A program made the position numbers and the translations under genes. The notes under the pieces are model-generated. The model had not been told where the DNA came from, did not search any database, and was given only the letters and a program-made list of their open reading frames with translations. 64,000 nt of DNA from the NCBI GenBank assembly GCA_965644295.1, contig CBFFRP010000427.1, forward strand, positions 83,167 through 147,166. The letters are read 5' to 3'. Below are positions 12,486-26,206 of this stretch, piece after piece (positions within the stretch are counted from its first letter, which is position 1; every line of letters begins with the position of its first letter). This DNA is from Paraphysomonas bandaiensis (Eukaryota > Protista > Chrysophyceae).

Positions 12486-14648
12486 GATATCTCTGCAGGG
12501 GGTAGAAAACAACTGCCAGTATCACTGTATGCAATATCAATGCCTATTGTGCCTCCTCAGAGTCACGGAATGGGATTACTATTTATATTAAATGCATGGT
12601 ACAGCCAATGGTTGCATGCCCTGCATATGCGTATATATCGAGACATACATTGGCCTACAGCTGCAGTGCGAATACACTGTATATATATAGATATACCAAG
12701 TATGAAAAAAAGCTGAAATGAACGGCAAAGAAACCACAGCTGTGGACGTACACACCGGAACGATTGATTTTACACAAGTACAAACTGCAGTACACTGCTT
12801 GGAAATACATAGATATCCATACATATTATAAAGCAAAAAGATATCTTCTGAGAACTTTCCTGCAGAATGTTACGCATACCACACCACTCAATAGCTATAC
12901 TCACAGCTCACAGCCCTACCTTGAATTGCTGTTCCATTGCTAATTAAGATACTTCGATGCTGCCTCAGAGATTACGAAAGACAGAATATATATTTTAAGG
13001 ATAGTAAGCGACTGCTTTACCTGCAACCGTTGCACATGTACTTATAAAAGGTGATTACTTGTAGAGAATTAAATAGAGGGTACTCTTGTGTAGTTATATT
13101 CGTGAATAGTAATTTTTTCTACAAGTCGAGTAAATATTGTTGTCTGATTTCGCATTCTGAAGTTTGGAGAGGGTTTGAATATTTATGGGATTCTACGTGC
13201 ATGTAAGTTTTGTTTACATTCTCCTTAGTTTGACGGAGTGCGGTATCATATGAGAAGATCTGTTTGTGTTACTCGTTGTAGGTTGGTTGATGTCTGTGTG
13301 CGGAAGATTTCAAGTACAGGACTGGGGAGGGTAATGTGGAACAATCGAGAATAAGGTTTATTGTTTCGGCGTAGCGAAGACACCACATGACAAATATTTA
13401 GAGACCTGCGTGATGTAGCGGCTGTGGATTTGTACCAACTGATTCTCCGTTTTTACGAACTTTTAATTTTTCATCGCATTGGTGACTGTAGGATATTTGT
13501 AACTGTATAATAATGATACGAATATTATCTTTCCAACTTGAGGTGTGTTCACGTTTCACGCTATCAAAAGTGTCCGAAGTGAAGGAGAAGAGGGTGGTGC
13601 GTGTGGGCAGAATAGTAAACAATATATATATTAAAAAAATATATTAATATTTTAAAAGACTATAAGCATGTGAATTGTGTCTTAGCTGAGTGTATAGTAC
13701 CTGATTGTGAACGTAGTATGCTCGTGACGCCAAATTTGATGATGTTACATTTAATAGTCGTTTTTCGGAATCGGCTATAGCCGTTCATATTTTATCATTT
13801 AATTCTGTCCACAATCAGGAAAATATACTGGAAAACTCGTATAATAAAAGAAGTAAATAAAGAACATTTATCAAACTTGCTACAGTATGTCGCTGGATCT
13901 TATCATGATTACGTTATAGCCGCAGGATAAGAGTCGACTCAGGTTTGTTAAACATAGTATTACAACTAGCCTGGACCAGGTTATACTCCACAATACTGAC
14001 ATGATTTCTATCAGTTCTTAGTGTACCGTTGTCTGTTTATGACCACTATAATTGTTAACTTGCTTGACTGTGGCACAACACGTATATAAAATACGTACGA
14101 TACACTAGATTAGCAGTAATATTTTCATCTAGCTGATAATGGTATACTAAGCGTTGCTTCTCCTGTATGTAAAAAGGTAGTGTATCTGCAACTCGAAACC
14201 ATATGTCTTTATTTGCAAAAATTAGGAACATATTGTGATAACATTGTTCGCCTCAGAAAAAATAGAATAAATAAAACATATATCGTAGCGGCATCAATAT
14301 AACATCTATGAGTAATATTTCGTCTACCTGGAAACAGCTCGAATTTAGAAAAACACAACACACTTGAGTGAAGTTAGTATCACAACTATTAGTCACCCAT
14401 TTACCGATCACTGTACCCCTCCTCTTTTTCTTTCAGCTCACCTTAGTTAGCACATATCAATCCCAAAGACGATACTACGGACTCCCCAGGGTATATATAC
14501 GAACTGTAGAAACATCTATCCTCTGTGAACTCGAACCTCACGATTGCTCTAACATGAGGAATATCCGCAGATAATAAAAGAGTTTGAAGGCATATCCCAT
14601 ATTGAGAGTGAAAGAGATTCAATAAGCAAAGATATGACACAGCCAAAC

Positions 14649-14923
14649 GTAGGTAGGTAGGTAGGTAGGTAGGTATGTATGTATGTATGTATGTATGTAT
14701 GTATGTATGTATGTATGTATGTATGTATGTATGTATGTATGTATGTATGTATGTATGTATGTATGTATGTATGTATGTATGTATGTATGTATGTATGTAT
14801 GTATGTATGTATGTATGTATGTATGTATGTATGTATGTATGTATGTATGTATGTATGTATGTATGTATGTATGTATGTATGTATGTATGTATGTATGTAT
14901 GTATGTATGTATGTATGTATGTA
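14649..14923. repeat. Compound microsatellite (GTAG)6 then (GTAT)n
   Basis: Directly visible tetranucleotide array of ~275 bp. Confidence 0.98.
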
Positions 14924-15448
14924 CAGTAGGTATGTATGTAAGTATGTGTATGTAGGTATGTATGTAGATAGGTACTGTTGGAGTGTGTACGAGACGTCGG
15001 TACGACATAGGTACGTACTCATATGTACAGTCACTTCGCGTTATGGTGGTGGATATGCTCGTTATAGTACGTACCTATTTCGTATGTAAATTGTACGTAC
15101 GTATGTATATACGTAGATATATAAGTAATATACGTATAATACATGCGTATAACCTCCATATATGTTTCGTATTTTGTAGTTTACAGTATGTGTGATGCGT
15201 ATGTATATATCTACAATTGCTTTTTGCCACGTCATCCGATCGTCATTCAATAACGCACTACGATCTTGTGCTGAACTGCTTTTGATCATCTGCTCTCTGT
15301 GGCCGCATATCATACATCATCGACACAGTTCGAAGATTTGTGCTTTACTATAATATCTGGAAATAAGAAGATTTCCTTTCAGAGCCTTATGACTAACCGA
15401 GTCCTTTGACTCTTTGTCACTGTCGACTTGATTTCAATTATACCCACT

Positions 15449-15820
15449 ATGTTACGAAAACTTATGGAAAGTGATGAAGGTAGGGTTATTGGAGGAGGCG
15501 TGTCACCCAGAGCAATGGCCCTTCCGAGTACAGATTCGATCATTAGTTTTAGATCCCGGAATGGCTCGGATTTAACTGATACATCTTATTTCAGTGATTT
15601 GGAGAGTGGATACACCACGCATGATGAATCTCCTATGCGCATCAATTCGAAGTGCCTGAATTGTAATTGTGGAAACTATCCGACTCGTGCTTTTTTCAGT
15701 GATGCACTATTTTGTAGCGTCGATTGCGCAACGAGTTATTCTTTGTTCTATAAACTTCCTCAACCAGGCCCCCCAAAACACGAGTGTGATAACAAGCAGT
15801 CCAAATGCAGTGAAACCTGA
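15449..15820 (+). CDS. Small hypothetical protein with an FCS-type (TRASH/FLZ-like) zinc-finger motif
   Basis: 123-codon ORF from ATG 15449. Ser/Asp-rich N-terminus, then CLNC-x16-FCSVDC. Confidence 0.5.
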   Translation: MLRKLMESDEGRVIGGGVSPRAMALPSTDSIISFRSRNGSDLTDTSYFSDLESGYTTHDESPMRINSKCLNCNCGNYPTRAFFSDALFCSVDCATSYSLFYKLPQPGPPKHECDNKQSKCSET

Positions 15821-16159
15821 TTTGGAACGAGAAGACAGTCTCACTTAATGCGGTAGTCTTACTAGTTACCGGAATGCATGATATTTAGAATTATTATTTT
15901 TGCTACATGCACCATACTCCGTTGTTATTGTATTCGCACAGAGGAGATGAGTGCCCAGTTTTTATATAGAATTCTGTTGAGGGCATATATATTCTTTTGT
16001 GTGATAGTCCAGTTTTTTGTTGAGAGGATGTTATTACTCTGTTTATTAATGATTATATAATTTTGTGGAGTATGACACTTTTTAATTAACATGCTAGCAA
16101 TATATTTATTCTAAAATTTCTGTATTCACAATGCCCTGGTCGTAGAAAGGTCAATACTT

Positions 16160-16255
16160 AGATTATATCAGAGTTTAGCAGTAGTTAGTTAATTTGTAAT
16201 GTTACATTAGTACTGACTCTTACACGCCTATTGCTAACAATAAGACATTCACTAC
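16160..16255 (+). mobile_element. 3'-tail fragment of the retroposon family
   Basis: tatcagagtttagca..tactgactcttacacgcctattgctaacaataagacattcactac matches the other tail copies. Confidence 0.65.
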
Positions 16256-17166
16256 GACCATGCGCGACTCAGTATAGGCCTAGTGTAACATTGGAGTATT
16301 GTATAAAAATGAATTAATTTCCATGTGGTCGAAAGAGAAACTGTCGTTGATATTATTGACAGAGAGACTGATTATGCAGAGATGCCCTAAAAGAGATATA
16401 TACTGAGGTGAGCAATGACTTTTTTCACCTTATAATGTACGGTGTATAATGCTGAAAATGTATGCTCCCGTTGAATAGAACACACTCTCGTCGTTTGTAT
16501 GTATGATATCTAGAGAGCAATTTATAATCACAAAAATTGAAGGGTGTATATCTTCATATATATCACACTTAGTGACTTTAAATATACTCGTGATATTTTT
16601 AATAAAGCAGCTACTACCATTACTAACTTGAGTTGGATGTACTGCGGATATCAAAAGTGGATACCTTTTGGCCCATGTCTCAAGAAATTGGCTTATATGT
16701 ACAGTCTAAAGCGGACTATCAGTTTAAATGGCTATATTGGCAACTTCTCAGCGATTACGGCTTACTCTCTGGTTACTGTTAAGAGGAACACGAACAGGAG
16801 TGACCACAGCGAATACTGGTATATCTTGTACTATACCTGTAGATCTTATGATACGCAAACCGCTTGATGATATGTAGCTACACACAGAGTGATGTCTAGA
16901 TATTTTTTATGCAAGGGATGTATACACTGCTGTATTCCATAGTATACCATGTATAGTACAGTAGGAAGAATGTTCTTCCACGCCCTCATCAGTACACTCC
17001 TGCTCACACATACAGACAGAGTAGTAGGATAGAATATAAGACAGTGATTGCAATGTGTATGTACTGCTATAGCTATATATCACTATAAGTAGGATATATA
17101 CATATATATATTCCTCTACAGAGGACTAAACACATTAGTAACTCTACCCCTCACATAAGTGATATC

Positions 17167-18746
17167 ATGGTGGAAGTCGATGCGGCCGTGTTAGCTGCTG
17201 GAAGCACTGTCATAGCGGTGCTGTTGGGTGCCGTTATCTGCTTGAATTTACAGAGAAAAAAACACACACCTCAGTCTTCTAAACAACAAAAAAAACAATC
17301 AAAGAAGAAGTCAGATGCCGTTAAAGGGGAACGAAGAGAGGAGCGAGAGACATCCGCTGGGGCTGGAGTGAAAGTAAAGGCATCCGCGCCTATAGACCAG
17401 GAGACCAGTGAGCCTGCTGCTCCTGCTGTAGTCAGTAAAAGCAAGAAGGCAAAAGAGACCCCTGAGCAGAGAGCAGCTCGACTGGAGAGACAGAAGGTGG
17501 CCAAGCAAAAGAAGAAAGAGTCGGATGCTGTGGCTATCGTGGAATCTGTTACGTCAGTTGCGTCTGTGCCAGCTGTACCCGAACCAGTGGATCGCCCTTC
17601 CGTCCCTGCTGTGCAGTCAGATGGTTGGAATGTGGTGGAGGATAAACGTAAGCAGAAGCCCAAGAAGGCAAAGAAAGAAGATGTTGCAAGTGTTGTTGAT
17701 GCCACTCCAGCCTCGCCTGAGCTGGTCACTGCGAAGGTTCCCGTCGATTCCAAGAAAATTGGCGCCCTCATCGGACCCAAGGGTGTTACCCTCCGGGCTA
17801 TTCAAGAGGCTTCTGGAGCGACCATGACCATGCCTAAAGTGGACCGCGACGCTGGTCCTACAGCTGTGACACTAGTAGGCACAACAGAAGCTGTAAACAA
17901 GGCCACGGCTCTTATCAAGGAGATATGCTTGAAAGGCTATGCCGCCACCTTAGAGGGCGAGGACTTTCAGGAGTCCTCTATTACTGTTAACAGCATGTAA
18001 GTTGAGATATATCTCTATATGGCAAATGTTGCAAGTGTTTTGAAGAATGAATGCATGTGACAACTCGAAGTCACTCTTGCTTGTAACGTATTGTGTATTT
18101 ATGCAGGTATTTATCAGAGATTATCGGGAAGAATGGTTCAAGTATCAGGGCTCTGCAGGATAAATTGGGTGTGCGCGTGTCTGTCCCTAGTGGTGCTGGA
18201 AAGGACGACAAGGCCACAGTAAAAATTGGAATCGCTGGTCAACGCGAACACATCGCTCGCGCCAAAGAAGTTATTCGTGAGATTACACAGTACTTCCACA
18301 GCACCGTCACCCACCCTGGGCTTGTACACTCCGCCCTGGATATCCCCTCTCGTATGTACAACAATATCATTGGCGCTAAGGGTAGCGAGATTCGCCATAT
18401 TCAGAACAACTTCAAAGTTGCAGTTCATATACCCAGCGCCCAGTCAGTAACGCAAAGCGTATTGGTTGTGGGAGAGCAGAATGGTGTCGACAAGGCAGTA
18501 AGGTATATACAAAAGATTGTAGCGCAAATCGGAGTCGAAGAGGCTGCTGCTGCTGATGTTGCAGAGGCTTGGAACGAGCAGTCTCGAGGCACTGATGAGG
18601 ATTCAGGAGATGAGGAGTGGATGGCTAAGTACATGTATGATCGGTCACAGAGTCAGAAACCTGTCTCTCTTCTTGGGACGGCCGAGGCGAAGGCTGAAGC
18701 AGAGACGAATGCTTGGAAGCAGAGCACAGATGCGGAGGGTTGGTAG
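17167..18746 (+). CDS. Membrane-anchored protein with three KH RNA-binding domains; intron 17997-18106
   Basis: N-terminal hydrophobic helix (AAVLAAGSTVIAVLLGAVICL), Lys-rich linker and three KH GxxG loops (LIGPKG, IIGKNG, IIGAKG). The 110-nt gtaagt..gcag intron joins NSM|YLSEIIGKNG. Confidence 0.85.
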
Positions 18747-19633
18747 TACGAGATATTCATAGTACATTTGACACGCACTCACCCTGTAGATGAGCGCTCT
18801 GCACAGTTTCATAGATGATCAAGACGTACAGTCGTGAAGTGGCTAGCTTCGTGTAGGATGCAATGATGCTGAATATATCTGTCAACACATAGCAGTACTG
18901 TGCGATATAGCTATTCAAGCTAAAACTAATTATCATGATATTCTAAGCATTGTCAGAACTAGTTTAGCAGTAAACGAATATCGCTACCTCTATATTGTAG
19001 ATAGTACCTCTACATTGTTGAATTTCGCTTAACCTTGGGCAATTAAAGCTGTAGTTTAAGATTTAAGATTATTAAATTGTGGTCGTTAGTGAAAAATGCA
19101 TCAGTTAGGTATGGGTTTATCCCAATTTTGTCTCAATAAAGCTTCTTTTGACTTGATTTGGGCTCAACAGAGCGCTCATATTAGCACCTGGAAAATGTAG
19201 ACATTCAACCTCAATATTCGGTTCAGCAAAGCTCACTTCTATCTTAATTATGATATTGAAAGTCAGGAGTATGTATGTGATTTCATTATATTACACAATT
19301 GTAGTGAAACCACAATCATGAGTCAACTACTCAAAGCTGATCATCAAACACTCCAAGTTTTATTCCATCCTTCGTCTGCCGTAGAAGATCATAATATCGT
19401 CAGTGCAAGGAGCGATGTACCTTGGCAAGAACAACTATATATAGAAATTAGGGGGTTCATTATTTGAGTTGATCTATTGTGCAATTGCTAGATTTGAAAC
19501 AATATGACTTCTCATTTGTTTTCTTAATGTTAATCAGGGAACACCTATTTCTTCTTACAGCAAGCAAGCTACATATAGCTATACAATCTAATAATAAGTG
19601 TACAACATCATAAGGAAAAGCTACAATCTAACC

Positions 19634-19753
19634 ATTTAACCTAGGTATATGGAGTATCTCCCCTTGTCTAAATTTTAAAACTCGGGCTTTTTGCCCTCGT
19701 TTCAAAATTTTGAGGGCGGGACAATATAGCGTCCTTATTGCCCGTGGTTAAAT
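19634..19753. repeat. Short fold-back (MITE-like) palindromic element
   Basis: Nested inverted repeats atttaacc/ggttaaat, aaattttaaaac/gtttcaaaattt and gggc/gccc around a T5 loop. Confidence 0.5.
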
Positions 19754-19761
19754 AGAACTAT

Positions 19762-20063
19762 TGTTGAGTTCTGCAGTATGATGCGATATAGGTTGTGCAA
19801 TTGAAGTGAGTTAATAGTGTGCAATTGGTTAAATCAACTCATAGGCTTAACGGGTAAATATAGTTACAAAGTAAGAAAATTCGGTTACTGATATGTGACT
19901 ATGTAAGATATAGGAGTGACATGTGAAGATATATTAACAGATGATCACCAGATGTTACATGCATATGTTGTGAATTGCTTAAATTAATAGTTTTAATTCG
20001 TACTTGATTTTGTGCAACAAACCTAGGTTAAGGTTTGCATGTGGAGCAAGGTTAACTTCAGCA
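19762..20063 (+). mobile_element. Solo-LTR-like relic of the copia family at 60755-64000
   Basis: Begins TGTTGA and ends TCAGCA. Colinear similarity to 60755-61043 (aagtgagttaa.agtgtgcaat..tcaactcatagg..gttaacttca). No clear TSD found. Confidence 0.65.
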
Positions 20064-21039
20064 GTGTGGGAATTTACTAGCAACGGCCGAATACATCACT
20101 GAATATGCTGTATTTGGAAGAGTCCTATGGAGACGGCTGGAATGGGGGATACTACAGTCTCTACTCACTTCGAGGGGTCTATTCAGACTGGAACGAGTGG
20201 ATCACACCAAATCTGCCAACCAAGTGACTGCTCAGTTTTCATTTTAGGAGCATCGGGATCTGTCTCCTTGGTGGTTTACATTTACACTCTATTGGGGTTG
20301 ACATGTTCCCGCCTGTATTAAACTAATATATAATGGCTGTATATGATTGTGACTGTGTTTGATTGGCTGTAGCGGAGCTAATCAGTATAGCAAGTTGCAA
20401 TGAATATGTAAACTATTGAGAGCTTTACTACTGACTGCCACGTTAAGTGGCATTACGAGATAGATTTAACCAAACGCCAGGCCTTCGATTCCCATAACTT
20501 ATTATCTCTTAAAATACAAGTTGAAACTCATGTATGTCATATTAGAACGACAGATTAAAGTGTTTGCGAGTGCAACACATAACGGCTGAAGAAATAACAG
20601 CATCGTGATCACGCTTCAGAAACTTTTTATTCGACAGGTCTCCAGCTGCTAAAGTATAATACCCGTAACATTCTCACCATAGTCTTTGTGTTGATTGAGG
20701 CATTTGTGGTCGGTGTGTTTAGTAGTTGTATCTTTTCTTTTTTACGAGAATGAATAATAATTTTGATGCACTTGTCCACCTGTGTATCTGCCTGTGTACC
20801 GTGCAGTCTGCGGGCATGTACAGAGGAGTTCGTAGTTCATGGTGTATTCCACGGTATTCCTGTGTCCAGTTGTAACAGCACGTCCAGATGATCAGTGCAT
20901 AAATGCAGCACAGTATCCATAAACATACAGCTATTTCCAGATATATATAGACACTACAGAGCCAATGAGAGGTTCAGTGTGGCAGTAATCCTAATGACTT
21001 CTTATTATAGCGGATCTCTTATAATATGTAATCTTTAGT

Positions 21040-23014
21040 ATGGGGTCTGGTGTATCGAAAACCAATGCCCTGCCATCAAGAGAGAACAGCTCTCACAGCA
21101 AATCATACTCGAGCAAGAAACAGGGGCCCACAGATAGGAGAGTGAGCGTTTATTTCGGGTCTCAAACGGGAACGGCGGAGGAGTTTGCACGGGTGGTCGT
21201 ATCGGAGGCTCTGAATAGCGGATTCGATGCCAAACTGATTGATCTTGAAGACTATCAACCGGAGAAACTCAAGTCCTGTCATCTGGCTGTGTTCTTGGTA
21301 GCTACCTATGGTGAAGGAGGGCCAACTGACAATGCATCTAGATTTCTGGAATGGTTGGAAAACGAAGATGGCAATATTGGTGGCGATTATTTGTCGCAAC
21401 TTGATTTTTGTGTATTCGGTCTCGGCAATTCTCAATATGAGAATTACAATAGAATGGGACGTTTCGTTAATGAAGGCTTAGAGAGGCTTGGTGGGCGACG
21501 GGTATTCAAATATATGGAAGGTGATGACAATGGAACACTTGAGGAAGATTTTGAGTCTTGGAAGGCAGTTTTTTTTCCTGCAATGGTGGAGAAATATCAG
21601 GGCTCTGGTGACGAGATTGAAGACACACGCACAACTAATGCTGCCCTCAGGTTTCGCTGCATACCATGTGCTCCTGCATCTCCAGTTATCCCCAATACGG
21701 ACTTGTTTAACTCTTCTACCAAACACTTCTTCAACTCCGTTGAGGCGACCGTAACATGCAACCGCGAGATGCGTACACCTGAAGATGGGGGGCACACCAT
21801 TCATATGGAGCTAGATATTAGCGGGACTGACTTAAGATATTACACGGCTGATAACTTAGCGGTAATTCCAGATAACTCCGTTGAGGTTGTGGAGATGTTT
21901 TCCAAGTGTTGTGGAGGATTTGATCTTGACCAGTATATCGATATTAAATCTGTCGTTCCCGATCCCAAGGATGGGGACTCCTCTGTTGCCTCAGCTTTTC
22001 AGCATCCATTTCCGACCCCATGTACTATTCGTGAGATATTCACCCGCTTCCTGGCTATTGACAGTATTCCTCGCAGGAGTACCATCGAAAAATTGGCCGC
22101 TTACTTGACTGACGACAAACAGGTCTCATGGCTCGTGGACATCGTGTCCAAGGAATCAAAAGATACCTTCACTTGTAAGATTGAAGAAGAAGGTCGAACC
22201 TATGTATCTCTTCTCTCGAAAGAGCTATCGTCCTGTTTAATTCCACTGGAGGATTTACTACACATCTTACCCACTATTCAGCCGAGGTACTACACTATCG
22301 CCTCGTCCAGCACGTGCTACCCTTCCAGTGTTCATCTAACCGTCAGTGTTATGGAGCGAATAGCACCATCTGGGACTAAAGTGCAAGGTTTTTGTTCTTC
22401 ATTTCTTCATGGATTGGTTCCAGGGCATGGAAGGTGTCGAATATTTACCAGAGAATCTGTTTTTCGTCTGCCACCCAATATCTTGACTCCAATTATTATG
22501 ATTGGGCCAGGGTCTGGTATCGCTCCCATGCGAGCACTTCTTCAAGAGAGAAAGTTTCGAGCTGACCGAGAAGGTGTGCCAATCGCAGAAGTTACAAATA
22601 TTCTATACTTTGGATGCAAGTCTCGAAATCGTGATTTTCTATACCAGGAGGAGCTAATTGCTGCTGTTGCTGATGGTCGTCTGACGTCGCTCAAACTGGC
22701 CTTTTCTCGAGAACAGAGAGAGAAGATATACGTTCAGACCATTATGACAGAAGAAGAAAATGCATCCGAGTTGGCAAATCTAATTGTTGACAGAGGAGCA
22801 CATGTCTTCCTCTGTGGTGGTACTGCCATGGGACAATGTGTTCAAGAGACCCTCACACATATACTTTCTGAGCGAAAAGGTGCGTATTGTTATATTTTGT
22901 AAGGCAGTGTGATTGATGTAAGTAAATTTAGGAATGACTATTGATGAAGCTTCCGCTTTTCTTAAAACAATGCAGAATAACAAGATATATAAGCGGGAAT
23001 TGTGGTCTATATAG
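21040..23014 (+). CDS. NADPH-cytochrome P450 reductase-like diflavin oxidoreductase; intron 22880-22931
   Basis: Flavodoxin motifs FGSQTGTAE, ATYGEG and FGLGNSQYE; FAD motif QPRYYTIASS; NADPH motifs MIGPGSGIAPMR, LYFGC, LAFSR and KIYVQ. The spliced C-terminus ends YKRELWSI*. Confidence 0.9.
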
Positions 23015-24199
23015 GATACAACCGAAGTGTGAAGTGTTAAATTAGAGATGTGAAATATTTTTTTTTTAATCTAGAGTAGAGATTATTCGCTTCAATTATG
23101 AAGATTGTGCAAGTATTATAGATGATAAAGCTTTAAACAATCTTCCATTGGTCAGAAGTCGTAAGAAATAGAAATTCTGCAGTTGCTAGTGTTTTCTACG
23201 TGTCTTTCCACAATAAATCATCGACTTAGAAGCAAGGAATAACTTATACACTATGTCGTCGAGAAAGTATAGGTGAAATAAATCCCTTGGATCATGTCTT
23301 ACTCCAAAATATACAAACACACTAAATTACTGAATTAATACGTACATAACCTCGCGTTCTAAGGTTAGGGTTTAGGGTTAGGGTTAATTATTCGTATACG
23401 ACGACACAAGATAGTATTGTGCTATGGAATGACTGGTAAACATTTAATTAACAATTAGATGCGAAGGAGAGCAGATGTTGCATGAACGTATGTGCAGAGT
23501 TTACTTTAATAAACACAACTAATTCTTGAAAGTGTGTCTTATACTTATTTCTGAGCTACAATGCGAGTTTAAGGTTTACTTAGAAACATATTAACTTCAC
23601 TGCTAAGCATTTTATCTTACAGCTATTGCAATTTTGTACAGCTCTAGTACTTTCGCCTAAGTGAGATTTCAAACGCTGATACCTTTCACTTCAAATTCAC
23701 TAGTGTTTAAACATTCGTTCTCTTCTCGTCACAGAAATAGTTGTCGTAAGTAGCAATTACTTGTCTATCTGAATTATTCGACAGCAATATTAACTCAATT
23801 TTACTATCATATCTATAATTATTGGCGCTTTAACGAACGGGTCACGTTAATGTCTTCGGTAATCCACGCTTTCCCAAGAATAGCAGAGCTTTAAGTAGTA
23901 CATGATATAGAAAATATAAATATACGAATTTTATGAATTGCTATCCCCATCGACTCTATCAGTGCGAATGAGGGGCGCGCATGTCCCTCTTCATTTCCAT
24001 GTCACAACTGCTCTTGGGGTGAGTTATGGGAGAAGCACCAATGAGAACACATTACCCGATTAGTCTTCGTGTATAGAACAGTCGTGACTTCCCAGTGTCA
24101 TACAAACGAAATCATTACTGCAACGGCTAGCTTGCCCATCAACATGATACGCATTAAGCGTTGCATTTCAGAATTATCGAGTGCACTGTGCTCCCTAAG

Positions 24200-25280
24200 C
24201 CTAATTCGCGTGTCGACTCCCAAATAGAAGATGCCACGCAGTAGAGTCTGCTATTTCGCTGTGATCAACGGACGCTGGAGGCCTACACAGCCCTCAGAGA
24301 CCAACGCTACGGTCACAATCCTGACCGGGCTCCTGGATACTGGAAAGACAGCGGAGCACTACTTCCGCACAAACTGGCGCAAGCAGATGGTGGACCATCA
24401 AAGGACAAAGTGGGTTCCCACCTGCGCCAGCGAGTACTCAATGCAGCACTGACATGGGACAAATCCTTCAGCATAGGAAGAAACCGGGCGAAAACCAAAC
24501 ACGGACTCGACATGGCTAAAGCCGCATGTGCTGACAGCGGATTTAGACTAGACTCACTCAAGCATATGTGTCTAGACTGTACAAATGACGCCATAACGCA
24601 GATAAGGGAGTCTGCATTTCACAGCCACAAAAACGCGCTTCAAGAAGAACTGAGAAATCCGGAACTACCCCAATGGACCACCACTGTACTCCAGCGGCTC
24701 TCCAGCAGGACCTGGAACCCTTCCGTGCCACATGTGGAGAGATTCTGGACGGGTACCATCACAACTATACAGCTTGAAATGGTTTTTGGAGATCACATCC
24801 ATGAGTCACTGACATCCCAAGGACTGCGCAGCATCGAATCAGCGGTGATCAGATTACTTCTACCGCTTTTCGCTGCAGCGAAGCTAATGATCCAAGATCG
24901 AAGTAGACGATACGTTACCCTACAGAAAGGTCCCCCAAGGCTACTACCGCGGCCGCGTCCAAAACACAGACAGAAATGGAAACGCCCAAGGGTGCTAAGA
25001 TTACTAGGAATCCACAGACGAACCGAGACTGGAACACCACCCCCCGCACATATGAACCCCACCAACCATACACAAAGGACCATAGTACCGGACCGTATGA
25101 AACCATCAGGCCCTAGACAACGGCGACGACGTCTCCGGCAACTCCACCTATGCCTAACGCCCAGACGGTGCACGGCGACACCGCCACATTCCACCACACC
25201 GTCAACCTCTCAGCACACACATCTAGTGTTCGATACACTCAGGATGGTATCATCTAGAACCCGTGCAAGTCAATTGTAGC
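24200..25280 (+). mobile_element. Non-LTR retrotransposon ORF C-terminal fragment (frameshifted)
   Basis: Overlapping ORFs 24231-24452 and 24410-25279 with a post-RT zinc-knuckle-like AC..DSLKHMCLDC. Its end is duplicated at 8666-8810, where it leads into a retroposon tail. Confidence 0.65.
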
Positions 25281-25392
25281 TGCACCTCATTCAGATCTGG
25301 ATATCAAGCAACACGCCACTGGGATCTTTGTGACGAACTAAGTGTTTATATTACCCATATGTGTCACGCAGTTCTGCAGTGTTGAGGAGTGT

Positions 25393-25464
25393 GCCTTGAT
25401 AGCTTAGTGGTAGAGCACTGCACTTGTAATGCAGAGGTCCAGGGTTCGACTCCCTGTTAAGGCT
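25393..25464 (+). tRNA. tRNA-Thr (anticodon UGU)
   Basis: Full cloverleaf: GCCTTGA/TTAAGGC acceptor, GCTT/GAGC D-stem, CTGCA-CTTGTAA-TGCAG anticodon arm, CAGGG-TTCGACT-CCCTG T-arm. Followed by a T-run Pol III terminator. Confidence 0.97.
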
Positions 25465-26206
25465 TTTTGGTTGTTTTTGGCTACTGTTTTTCAAGACACA
25501 GATTTCAGAATTTTTCTATTGGATACTGCTGTAAACCCCCCATTTTATCATAAAAACATGACAGTATGGATATCATGCATAAGGCGCAGAGAGGGGCAGG
25601 ACTCCTAGCAGGAGGTCGGGGACTGTTTGACAGCATTGAACGGAAATTTGCAGTCAGTTTCGTCAGTGTTTGACTGCTCTGACATCCTCTGTGTGCATCG
25701 ATACTGAGCAGCGCACACTCACAGCTGGAATCACTCCTAATCAAGAACCCCTGTGACAACCAGAGTCTGCTGGACTGTTTACTGTGATTTCTCTCTGGGT
25801 CAGACCGCAGTATTAGTCGATGAGTTGAGGCGGGAGAACCACTTGGATTAGCGGTGGGTTTCTTTGTCTGTTATTGGCCGTTTCGCCTCGACAATGAGGT
25901 TGTTGAAGCCAACGGATGTGTGGCTACTGATTTGACTCTTGAAATGGCTCGCAGATATGAGCATGCGGTGCGGGGGAACTAAGAGCAAACCTTGAACTGG
26001 ACAGTGGGAGTATACTGCTGTTTTCGCTAGTTTCTGCCATCCCAACGTGTTAAGGCCTGAAAATCAATCCGAAACGACACTGTAGTTGTTTCTATTTCAT
26101 CTGATTAGATTGGTGGTATGAAGAAATACTCCTATCAATAAGAATGCGAAATAATTTAATACAACGGCAGAGGAACAGAGAAACTGCAAGTTGTGTCTAT
26201 TCAGTA

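Noticed and set aside
14549-15089. MYVC/HTYI repeat ORFs here and at 49619-50328
   Set aside because: They are translations of the stop-free (TATG)n microsatellites.
23363-23386. Telomere-like ttaggg/tttaggg units
   Set aside because: Only three to four mixed units in an internal position, too short to call a telomere or fusion site.
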